Shown: in pieces, positions 35,926-44,514 of the stretch
How positions within the stretch are numbered: the stretch's first letter is position 1
How the letters are laid out: the number at the start of each line of letters is the position of its first letter
Source: an uncultured bacterium
GTDB lineage: Bacteria; Patescibacteriota; Minisyncoccia; Minisyncoccales; UBA5738
NCBI GenBank assembly: GCA_903847095.1
Contig: CAINCQ010000029.1
Location: forward strand, 5,485-69,484
Direction of reading: 5' to 3'
Length of the DNA stretch: 64,000 bases
Notes under the pieces: model-generated
What the model saw: the letters and a program-made list of their open reading frames with translations, nothing else
Databases searched by the model: none
What the model was told of the DNA's origin: nothing
Program-made: the position numbers and the translations under genes

Positions 35926-37164
35926 ATGGAAGAATTTGCAGAGAAGAAAGAGGAAAAGATTGTAACACCCGAAAAAGTCGGAACAACCGCCGCACTTGTA
36001 ACAGTTGCGACAGTTGACCCCGTAGACGCCAGATTAAAGGAGCTGGGCGTCGCTGAAGAACTGATCCCCAAGATCAAAGCGCTGGGCGTAGAAACCTTGG
36101 AAGATCTGGACTACCTCAATGCGGAGCGGCTCAGCACTGTCGGAATGCAGCCAATCAAGGCTGATAAGCTTCTGGAAGCCCTCGGAAAGCTGAAGCCCGC
36201 GGCCGCTGCCGTCGCAAACTCACCCGCGGCTCCTACCTTCAACGCCATGTCTCTGGACGCCATTCTGCCGGCAGCCTTAAGCGATGAATCCTGGCTGACG
36301 GCGCTGAAAGTCGGCGGAATAAGCAAAGTTGACACATCAACGGTCATCTCCGCTATCCGCGCGGCCCTGGCTCACAAAGCCGGCCTCTATGAAATACCGG
36401 ATAAGCTGATCGTCTTGATGGAAGCTTTCGCCGAACAGGCGGAAGAACCGGTCCCCAGGGACTATTTCAAGGTCCGCAAACAGATAACAAAGCGGACATA
36501 TGCCGAGATATTCGAGGCAATTGATGATCTGGATAGCACCTATGTCACAAAGGAGCGGAAAAAGGCGCTCCTTGGAAAATTAGACCGATATCTCTGGCCG
36601 GCGATCATCGAATTCAATAATCGCCTGGTAGCCTGGCAGGACGCCTGGATGAAGACCACCTTGAACCCCGCGTTCTTCATGGGCCAGATGGGAGCGGCAA
36701 TGAGCCACACTGGCGCTATGCCCTCTGCCGCGTTAACTCCGCCGGATGTCAGCCCGCTTCGGGACGCTGCCGAGGCCGTGGCGAATGCCATTAATAAGGT
36801 ATTCTCCGGTACCGGTGTACCGATCGCATCTGCCTTGGCCTATGATGCCCTAAACATCAAGCAGACGCTTATGAATGACGGCTTGCCGGCAATGATTGGC
36901 GCCCCCAATCGCGACCAAATGTTGCGCATGTTGGATGCGGCCGTACCAGCCACCTACCCGCGAATGGAAATAAACGTTACCAGATACGTCCTCGCCATCA
37001 TGCAAATCAAGGACGTACCGTCCGGCAATGAGGAGCTGCAGTATTTCAACGCCCTTTATGGCCTGGGCTCCCAGATCGCCTGGGACCAAGTAACGGGACC
37101 TCTCGCGAAAGGCCCTACCGGCATCGGCGATAACGGCAAGAAAGCCGGCAATAAGATATTTTAG
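35926..37164 (+). CDS. orphan Ala-rich protein with N-terminal helix-hairpin-helix-like repeats (operon gene D)
   Basis: 412 aa; GAAGGAGG SD; LKELGVAEELIPKIKALGVETLEDL ... LSTVGMQPIKADKLLEAL; rest unrecognised. Confidence 0.65.
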   Translation: MEEFAEKKEEKIVTPEKVGTTAALVTVATVDPVDARLKELGVAEELIPKIKALGVETLEDLDYLNAERLSTVGMQPIKADKLLEALGKLKPAAAAVANSPAAPTFNAMSLDAILPAALSDESWLTALKVGGISKVDTSTVISAIRAALAHKAGLYEIPDKLIVLMEAFAEQAEEPVPRDYFKVRKQITKRTYAEIFEAIDDLDSTYVTKERKKALLGKLDRYLWPAIIEFNNRLVAWQDAWMKTTLNPAFFMGQMGAAMSHTGAMPSAALTPPDVSPLRDAAEAVANAINKVFSGTGVPIASALAYDALNIKQTLMNDGLPAMIGAPNRDQMLRMLDAAVPATYPRMEINVTRYVLAIMQIKDVPSGNEELQYFNALYGLGSQIAWDQVTGPLAKGPTGIGDNGKKAGNKIF

Positions 37165-37188
37165 ATCTTTTGATCCGAACGTATATAG

Positions 37189-37217
37189 AGCCAAGCAAAT
37201 ATGCTTGGCTTTTTTTT
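37189..37217 (+). terminator. intrinsic terminator of the four-gene operon
   Basis: agccaagca-aata-tgcttggct + tttttttt. Confidence 0.75.
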
Positions 37218-37218
37218 A

Positions 37219-37248
37219 CAAAAAAACCGCGGGTCTTAACCTGCGGTT
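37219..37248 (-). terminator. intrinsic terminator of the NTase gene (overlaps its stop codon)
   Basis: aaccgc ... gcggtt stem with T-run on minus strand. Confidence 0.55.
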
Positions 37249-39169
37249 ATCTTTTTTTTGGAACCGGAATCTTTGGCAAGAATACTTGGCTTATGAAAAG
37301 CCTTGTCGCCAATTGCCGGTAACCCGAATCCCAAAACACACTTTGGCCGTCAATTCCCTCGGAATGAGAAACATGGATGCCACCGTACGGCGGGTAAAAA
37401 TTCTCATACCCCTTATGCATCAAACGGAATTGAAGCGTATCTCTCTCCAGCTCTTCCAGATAGACGCTTCGCGCGTCGTATCCGTCGATTGTTTTTCCGG
37501 TGTCGTAAAGGTAGGAAGCCAGCAGTTTTTCCGCAAGCTCGCTGATTACATCCTCCTCCCCCAGCCACGCCGCGCCAAACAGGATATGGACCCAATAACT
37601 TTCGCCAAGCGCCGCATCCGGATCCGGAAAATCGATTATTTCCAATCCATCGGAGCAATCGCTAAGCCAGAACTCGACGATCTTGTCCCTGACTAGTTCA
37701 TGGCCAAAAGTTTCGTCGAGCAGTTCCTGAAGTCTCCGGCGTTCTTCAAAAGGCGTCCCCGGCCTGACGAATACCGCCAGGTCGATATCGGCGTTATGAG
37801 CGCCGTATCCTTTAAGACGGGAGCCGAATACCAGGACTATCGGATAGATAAGCCGCGACAGCTCTTGGTGTTTCGCGATTGACTCTGTCATCGCTTTAAT
37901 ATCATCGATCTCCTCCCGGATTAATTTCAGATTCTTGGAAAAAGGACCGGCCAATTCGGGATTGGCGATTTCCATTTCCGCCAGCAACTTCTCGTTCACG
38001 ATGCCCAGCCTAAAAAATCGGCGGAAGGTTTTTGAAAGCGCCTCCCTTACTTCTGGATTATCGTTCTCGAGAAGTTTAAGCAATACCTGCTTAAAACGCG
38101 CATAGAGCTTCAACGCCCTTTCGGAATCGGCGCTCTCAACGGTTTCGATCGCGTTCCGGATCCCCTCGATCAACGCGACGCAACTTTCGCCGCCGGTATC
38201 ACTCGCAGTCAAACCACTTACAACCTCTTTTGCGAAACTTCCGGCCACAATGGCATCGCCGATTTCCTTACCTGCTCTCTCGATCGCTTTGCGTTTCATC
38301 TCGCGCTTCAGCCACTTCTGCCGCTTTATCGGCAAGTCGCCGAAATCTTGTGTTTCAGGGCGCGAAAACGTGGCCGCCAATTCTTGCTGGACGGAATCAC
38401 ACGTTATGGCTTTTTTGGACCTGGCTTCACTTTCGGATGTTTTTCTTTTGCCGAAAACGATGCTCTGAGCCACACCCCGAACCAGCCAGTCATCGGATTC
38501 TTCCATCGACTCAAGTTCTTCGTCGGAAAAATATCCCAGGCCGGCAAGAACAGGAAGCGTGTCCGCAAGGCTGTCCCTCAATACGGGATCCTTGCTTTCT
38601 TCCAACAGCATTACCGCGTCTTTAGCCTCCATCAAACCGCTTTCTACAAGTTTAGGTATGAGATGGGCGGCAATTACTACCCGCGACAAATCCCCTGTTC
38701 GATGCGACATTTCGATTATGTCGCCGTCCACAAAATTAGCGCGGACGTCGCGCACCGAAAGAAGACTTCTCCACGCCTCCAGGTACGCATGCCTGAAGCG
38801 GCTTGCCGCGTACCCTAAAACGCCCGAGGGACGCCAATTTTTGTTTGGCAAAAATTCGAACGGCAGATAAAGCGCGAGGCGCCGGTAATCTAAATCATCC
38901 AGCAATTCGCTTAAAGAAACGTAAATTTCCGCCACTTGCGCTTCGGCAACATGGCCTTTTTCGATCGCCATTTCCAACGTCATATCCGGCCGTGGCAACA
39001 AAACCAAAAGGCTATTGAGCTGCCGCCTGAACCGCTTGCGCGCCGCCGCTTGTTCCAAAAATGCTTCATTGGAAGCGATACTTTCCGGCCAGAACCCGCT
39101 CGCATTCAAGGCGCAAAAGAATGATTCAACGACAGGCGCAACAATCGATATTTTCCGGTCAATTGCCAT
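37247..39169 (-). CDS. HEAT-like helical-repeat protein fused to a Pol-beta-superfamily nucleotidyltransferase domain
   Basis: 640 aa; VLVFGSRLKGYGAHNADIDLAVFV (G-S-x10-D-I-D) encoded about 37780-37845; N-terminal repeats such as NDNPEVREALSKTF and SKDPVLRDSLADTL. Confidence 0.7.
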   Translation of the reverse strand: MAIDRKISIVAPVVESFFCALNASGFWPESIASNEAFLEQAAARKRFRRQLNSLLVLLPRPDMTLEMAIEKGHVAEAQVAEIYVSLSELLDDLDYRRLALYLPFEFLPNKNWRPSGVLGYAASRFRHAYLEAWRSLLSVRDVRANFVDGDIIEMSHRTGDLSRVVIAAHLIPKLVESGLMEAKDAVMLLEESKDPVLRDSLADTLPVLAGLGYFSDEELESMEESDDWLVRGVAQSIVFGKRKTSESEARSKKAITCDSVQQELAATFSRPETQDFGDLPIKRQKWLKREMKRKAIERAGKEIGDAIVAGSFAKEVVSGLTASDTGGESCVALIEGIRNAIETVESADSERALKLYARFKQVLLKLLENDNPEVREALSKTFRRFFRLGIVNEKLLAEMEIANPELAGPFSKNLKLIREEIDDIKAMTESIAKHQELSRLIYPIVLVFGSRLKGYGAHNADIDLAVFVRPGTPFEERRRLQELLDETFGHELVRDKIVEFWLSDCSDGLEIIDFPDPDAALGESYWVHILFGAAWLGEEDVISELAEKLLASYLYDTGKTIDGYDARSVYLEELERDTLQFRLMHKGYENFYPPYGGIHVSHSEGIDGQSVFWDSGYRQLATRLFISQVFLPKIPVPKKR

Positions 39170-39270
39170 CAGAACCCCCTATTGTTCCCGTATGTTCGCT
39201 ACTCTATTCATCCAAATTGTTAAATAGCAGCTTTCTTACCCCAATTCCTCGGCTTAAGAAAGTAGCTTTG

Positions 39271-39298
39271 ATTATAAAATAAATAGGTTCAAAGTCAA
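39271..39298 (-). promoter_or_regulatory. near-consensus sigma70 promoter of NTase gene (TTGACT-N16-TATAAT, minus strand)
   Basis: plus agtcaa 39293-39298, attata 39271-39276. Confidence 0.6.
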
Positions 39299-39363
39299 GG
39301 ATAAAACATTGGAATCCCCTTAACTCAATACTCCGATGCATAGCCTGCGGGGTGTTTCGCTAA

Positions 39364-39391
39364 TCAAAAAAATTCTGCGCTTGGCAGAATA
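39364..39391 (-). terminator. intrinsic terminator after HD-GYP-like gene
   Basis: attctgc-gcttg-gcagaat with T-run on minus strand. Confidence 0.65.
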
Positions 39392-39395
39392 TTTT

Positions 39396-40025
39396 TCAAA
39401 CAAAGATACCGGCATTGTACAACTTTCCGATCAGCTGGGACTGGTCGAGATTCAATGCGAACATTTTATTCCGGATCTGACTGCTATCCAAGACTATACC
39501 TTCGGGCCACGCGTTGTTTCGATGCAAGGCGTCGTAACAGTCCGCCAAGGCAACAATTCGGCCGCAGAACCTGACGCGATTTAGATTGTGACTATAATCA
39601 GGCTTGGGTATTCTTCTGGGATAGCGCGGGATCTGAAACCAATGGTGAAACACCATAATGTCCGCGGCATCCGCAAGACCGCACTCCTTTAACATCCGGT
39701 AGCCAGTCAATACATGCCGCTTCATGATCGTCCGGTCGTTATTCGTCCAAGTTCCGGTTTTTTCCAAAATCCTTAGGGGAATTTTTACCTTGCCGACATC
39801 GTGCAAATAACCGCCTGCCAACAGGTCGTCGCTTTCAATCCCAAGAAAGCGGTCAATGATCCCCACTAACGAGCCTACGCGTAAACTATGATAAAATACG
39901 CGCGTTCCCTTTGCCTCCAACTTTTGGAAAAGAGCGGAAACAGCCATCCATTGATCTTTAGGTAAAACATCGATCATGGCGTATGCCTCATCTTTTAACA
40001 TGCTGTCGTATAAAGCGCTCTCCAT
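39396..40025 (-). CDS. HD-GYP-like metal-dependent phosphohydrolase
   Basis: 209 aa; GGYLHDVGKVKIP, LTGYRML, VFHHWFQIPRYPRR (variant of HHExxDGxGYP). Confidence 0.7.
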   Translation of the reverse strand: MESALYDSMLKDEAYAMIDVLPKDQWMAVSALFQKLEAKGTRVFYHSLRVGSLVGIIDRFLGIESDDLLAGGYLHDVGKVKIPLRILEKTGTWTNNDRTIMKRHVLTGYRMLKECGLADAADIMVFHHWFQIPRYPRRIPKPDYSHNLNRVRFCGRIVALADCYDALHRNNAWPEGIVLDSSQIRNKMFALNLDQSQLIGKLYNAGIFV

Positions 40026-40179
40026 GTTAATTTACTCCCGCAATGCAGATTGCTCATTCAATTTAAGGAATTTGAGGATTTTGTCAATGGAAGAAAGACA
40101 TCGGCACGCCCGTTGTTTGCCATATGATAATATTGGGTAAAAAAAGCCCGGCTGATTCCAGTCGGGTATTTTCACTAAT

Positions 40180-40749
40180 TTATTTCGGCGTATTGGTTAC
40201 GATTACGCCTGCCCTCTCAAGCTCCACGATTGCCTTGCCGATGTCGGTATCTTCCATAACGCAGCAGGCATTCCAGGGAAGATAGGTTTCAAAACCCGCG
40301 GCAACAGAGCTCATCGCCGTTAAACTCGGACAAACCGGGATCGCCGAACCGGCCACAATGACTTTGTCGGGATCCAACATCTTGATAAACTGCTCAAAAT
40401 GCGGGATCTTGAAAGAATCGTAGACATCATCATCGGGATCGATACCCTTCTTAAATTCTACGTCGATATGGCCTATATCCAAATCCGGGTCATACATCGC
40501 TCCGCTGGTGCCCGGAACGCAGTGCTGTCCCCATTGTTTAAAGCTGATATGGGATATAGGTTTCAAGGGATGCCAATCAACGGTCGCTACGACATACGGC
40601 CTTCTAGCCATAATTTTATTGATTTCCGAAATTACCGCGGCGCCATTTATTCCAAACTTGCCATAAATCCTGGTGAAATCTATTTGCGCTTCTATCACCA
40701 AGAATACCGTCCTCGACGTTATTCTTACTTCTTGTATTTTTTGTGCCAT
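40180..40749 (-). CDS. pncA: isochorismatase-family nicotinamidase-like protein
   Basis: 189 aa; FLVIEAQIDF, ATVDWHP, ISFKQWGQHCVPGTSGA, Cys in VCPSLTA. Confidence 0.7.
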   Translation of the reverse strand: MAQKIQEVRITSRTVFLVIEAQIDFTRIYGKFGINGAAVISEINKIMARRPYVVATVDWHPLKPISHISFKQWGQHCVPGTSGAMYDPDLDIGHIDVEFKKGIDPDDDVYDSFKIPHFEQFIKMLDPDKVIVAGSAIPVCPSLTAMSSVAAGFETYLPWNACCVMEDTDIGKAIVELERAGVIVTNTPK

Positions 40750-40761
40750 TCTTACCTCCTT

Positions 40762-42249
40762 TCAGTCAATGTTCATGTCCAGTTCCGGACCTTCGTCTTC
40801 CATCATGCTATCCGCTACTTGCTTGATCAAACTCTTCAGTTGCTCGCTTCTCTCGATCGGATACTGATCTAACGGACAAACAAATTCCGCCTCCTGCTGT
40901 CGGACAGATTCCTTTAGCTCTAAAGCGGGTAAATCTTCGAACGGCTCCGCTTCCTCGTAGCCCCACAACGGAACCAACAACGGCACTGCCTTAACGATAC
41001 CTTCACCGGTTGGAGCTTCTTCGCTTTCCAACGCGACAACGTCTTTGAAAGCCAGTAGCTTTCCGCTTTTTTCATCCTTTCTGTAGCACCTCCAAACCTG
41101 CGCTTGACCCGGGTTAGTTTCTTTGCCGGCAGTGTCGGACAGCTTCATTACCGGAATTCCCGCGATTTCGCAAAGTTTAAATATAACTCCCGCCACATGG
41201 CGGATTTCCGCGGCCAGCTTTGTGCCAACACCGAATCCCATGATCGGGAAATCAAGCGCCGCGACGATCTCGGCTATTTTTTCCGCGTCCAGATCGCCGG
41301 TCAGGATAATGCCGACATCCTGGAAACCGTGCTTATCCAGTAATTTCCGGCAAAATCTTGCCGACTCTATCAAATCGCCGGAATCGATACGTATTCCTTT
41401 GAAGGCTTTGCGCCGCTTCTCGCTGCTCATTGCCGCCAATATCGCGTGCTTGATTCCAAGCAAGTAAATGATCGTGTCGATGAGAAGGATAGTACCGTTG
41501 GGATTATCATCCAGCCATCGCTCATAAGCCACTTGCTGAAAATGTTTTTTTTTGCCGCTGGCATCACGTTCGGGCCGATGCATATACATAATAAATGCCA
41601 TGACCAGATAATGCGCCATCGTTCCAACGCTCGCCACACCCAACCGGAAAGCCGCTTCCATATCGGAAGTATCGTCGAACCCTCCGATTATTGCCGCTTT
41701 CGTCACTTCTGCGGACCGTTCAACATCGCCATCTCTTCTTAAAGAAAATACCGACATGAACGGCTGAACGCCGGGACTCTTTTTTCCCGCCGCCTTGCAC
41801 ATTTCCATCGCGTTGTAAGCAACCGTGATAGTCAGATCAAACGCGTGGATCGCGGCCACTTCGATGAGGTGAGCCTCCCATAATTTGCCTTCGACATACA
41901 TAAAAGGTACGCCGGCGAACATAATTGTTCCTTGCTTGACGCCTTTGATCTTTCCCCTAAAACTACTATTGCGCAAAAGCCTGGCCGCCAAACGAGTCAA
42001 GCAAGCCCGGTCCTTGCGCAAAAATTCCGCGTGCGGTTCATCCAGTTGAGGGTTCGCCAATCTCGCAAACAACTTGCCATGACCGATCACCGGCCCATAA
42101 CGGCATTTTCTCTGCGTAAGGTAATAAACGGCAATTTCCTCACCGAGCATGTCTCCGGTCGGCGTTGTCGCGTTATCGCCAAGGAAGAAATTTGCCATTA
42201 CCGCGTGATAACGGTCCATCAGGAAAAAATACATCCATAACCAATTCAA
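40762..42249 (-). CDS. pncB: nicotinate phosphoribosyltransferase
   Basis: 495 aa; TTG start 8 nt after AGGAGG; SVGTMAHYLV, IRIDSGDL, GVGTKL motifs. Confidence 0.85.
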   Translation of the reverse strand: MNWLWMYFFLMDRYHAVMANFFLGDNATTPTGDMLGEEIAVYYLTQRKCRYGPVIGHGKLFARLANPQLDEPHAEFLRKDRACLTRLAARLLRNSSFRGKIKGVKQGTIMFAGVPFMYVEGKLWEAHLIEVAAIHAFDLTITVAYNAMEMCKAAGKKSPGVQPFMSVFSLRRDGDVERSAEVTKAAIIGGFDDTSDMEAAFRLGVASVGTMAHYLVMAFIMYMHRPERDASGKKKHFQQVAYERWLDDNPNGTILLIDTIIYLLGIKHAILAAMSSEKRRKAFKGIRIDSGDLIESARFCRKLLDKHGFQDVGIILTGDLDAEKIAEIVAALDFPIMGFGVGTKLAAEIRHVAGVIFKLCEIAGIPVMKLSDTAGKETNPGQAQVWRCYRKDEKSGKLLAFKDVVALESEEAPTGEGIVKAVPLLVPLWGYEEAEPFEDLPALELKESVRQQEAEFVCPLDQYPIERSEQLKSLIKQVADSMMEDEGPELDMNID

Positions 42250-42469
42250 TCTTCCACCTCCTGTTTGTTCTCGATTGCCTGGTTTCGTATTTTGTTGTTA
42301 AGGTTCTTTCTCTTTTTGCTCTAATTGTATGACATGTTATTTTATTAATGTCAATCAAGTTAACGGCCCAATATTTGACAAATAACTTTCTTTATTTTAG
42401 AAAATAGATGCGGCGAAACCCGCGATCTAAGAAACGCAAGAACATTAACAATTTACAAAACGGAGGTTT

Positions 42470-44443
42470 ATGAATAAAAGTGGTTTTGGCTTTCTCCGCG
42501 CTGCCGCGGTAAGCCCCAACACAAAATTAGGCAATTCAATGCAGGCGGCAATCAAAATTACGAGTCTCGCCCGAAAATACGCGAAAAAGGGCGCGAGATT
42601 AATCGTGTTTCCCGAATTGTGTTTGACCGGCTACACGATCGCCGACCTGTTCAACCAGGAACTGGTCCAAAATCAGGCCTTAAAAAGCCTGGAATATCTT
42701 TGCCAAAAATCGGTCGAGATCGACGCCTTGCTGGTTGTCGGCCTGCCTTTAACAATCAATAACGCCATGTTCAACGTGGCGGCCTTGATCGACCGGGGTG
42801 TTATAAAGGGTATCGTGCCCAAAAGTTATATCCCGACAAGCAATGAGTTCTATGAAGGCCGCTGGTTTGCCGGCGCGGATCGCTTAACTGTTAAGGTTGT
42901 GGAAATCCTGGGCCAAACGGTGCCGATCGGTACCGACATCTTGTTCGTCTCGGAACAGGATGATACGGCCGTGGTTTACATCGAAATCTGCGAAGATCTT
43001 TGGGTACCGGTCCCGCCGAGTTCGTCGGCGGCAATTGCCGGTGCCACCGTAATCGTCAATCCGTCGGCTTCCAATGAATTGGTCGGCAAATCCGATTATC
43101 GGCGCGCTCTGGTCGAACAACAATCCGGCCGCTGCATATGTGCTTATGTTTATGCCAGCGCGGGCGCCAACGAATCGACGGTAGATGTTGTTTTTGGCGG
43201 CCACTGCATAATCGCCGAAAACGGCGTTAATCTTCGCGAAAACAAGCGTTTCGTCCAAGGTTCAAGTGGAATAATCGTCGATCTTGATACCCAAGCATTG
43301 GTTCAAGAACGTATCAGAACTACCAGCTTTACCCAAAGTTCGCGCGAAATCATAAATTGCGAATATCGCCGCGTCTTGGTCAATCTTCCACCGGCGGCGC
43401 CTGAAGTTCTGAAACGGCCTAATCCCCTTTCCCCGTTCGTGCCCAAAGATCCGGCGCGGCAGGCAAAAGTTTGCCAAGAAGTGTTTTCGATCCAGTCGGC
43501 AGGCTTGTCCGGAAAATTAAGATCGATAAAGCGGGAGATGGTCAGAAACGGATTGCCCGGCGATCCTCATGTCGTTATCGGCGTTTCGGGCGGATTGGAT
43601 TCAACTTTGGCACTATTGGTCTGTAATAAAGCGTTCAAAGATCTGAAATACGATCCGACCAATATTCACGCCTATTCGATGCCAAGCGTCTGCACCAGCC
43701 GCCGAACCAAATCCAACGCCCAAATGCTTACGGAGGCACTGGGAATAAAACTCGAAGAAATCGGGATAAACGCACTGGTAAACCAACTATTGGCCGCAAT
43801 CGGTCACGATGGAATTACCCAGGATATTGCGTATGAAAACGCGCAAGCCCGGGTCCGCACGCTGATCCTGATGCAAAAGACCAATATGTTCATACCGGCG
43901 ATCGTGATCGGTACCGGCGACCTTTCCGAATTAGCGCTTGGCTGGTGCACCTTTAATGGCGACCACATCAGCCATTATAACGTTAATTGCGGTGTTCCCA
44001 AGACGCTGATCCATTATGTAATCGCGTGGCGCGCCAAAACCGGCCGTCCAAAGTTGCGTCGGGCGCTAAAATCGATCCTTCGCACTCCGATCAGCCCCGA
44101 ATTGACTTCCGCGATTGACGGCGAGATTACCCAAATTACCGAAGAAAAGATCGGTCCCTACGCCCTCCACGATTTCTTCCTGTACCATTTTTTCCGGCGA
44201 GGCTGTACTCCCAGAAAAATATTGTACTTGGCCAAGCTGGCTTTCAAGAATAGGTACATTGAGAAAGAAATCGAACATTGGCTCAGGATTTTTATCATCC
44301 GGTTCTTTGTCGCCCAATTCAAGCGGTTAGTGACACCTGAAGGTCCAAGGGTCGGCCTAGTCGATTTGTCGTCGCGTGGCGGCTTAAGGATGCCCTCCGG
44401 CATATCGCCGGAACAATGGCTATCCGACCTCGACGATCGATAA
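42470..44443 (+). CDS. nadE: glutamine-dependent NAD+ synthetase (nitrilase domain + NAD synthetase domain)
   Basis: 657 aa; CN-hydrolase half (FPELCLTGY ... EICEDLW) and GVSGGLDS PP-loop half. Confidence 0.9.
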   Translation: MNKSGFGFLRAAAVSPNTKLGNSMQAAIKITSLARKYAKKGARLIVFPELCLTGYTIADLFNQELVQNQALKSLEYLCQKSVEIDALLVVGLPLTINNAMFNVAALIDRGVIKGIVPKSYIPTSNEFYEGRWFAGADRLTVKVVEILGQTVPIGTDILFVSEQDDTAVVYIEICEDLWVPVPPSSSAAIAGATVIVNPSASNELVGKSDYRRALVEQQSGRCICAYVYASAGANESTVDVVFGGHCIIAENGVNLRENKRFVQGSSGIIVDLDTQALVQERIRTTSFTQSSREIINCEYRRVLVNLPPAAPEVLKRPNPLSPFVPKDPARQAKVCQEVFSIQSAGLSGKLRSIKREMVRNGLPGDPHVVIGVSGGLDSTLALLVCNKAFKDLKYDPTNIHAYSMPSVCTSRRTKSNAQMLTEALGIKLEEIGINALVNQLLAAIGHDGITQDIAYENAQARVRTLILMQKTNMFIPAIVIGTGDLSELALGWCTFNGDHISHYNVNCGVPKTLIHYVIAWRAKTGRPKLRRALKSILRTPISPELTSAIDGEITQITEEKIGPYALHDFFLYHFFRRGCTPRKILYLAKLAFKNRYIEKEIEHWLRIFIIRFFVAQFKRLVTPEGPRVGLVDLSSRGGLRMPSGISPEQWLSDLDDR

Positions 44444-44456
44444 AAAAATTATTATG

Positions 44457-44482
44457 GCGCGAATTTATTGTTCGCGCTTTTT
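44457..44482 (+). terminator. intrinsic terminator after nadE
   Basis: gcgcgaa-tttattg-ttcgcgc + ttttt. Confidence 0.7.
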
Positions 44483-44514
44483 CTTTGGTTGAAAATAACA
44501 AAAAAGACCGAAGG

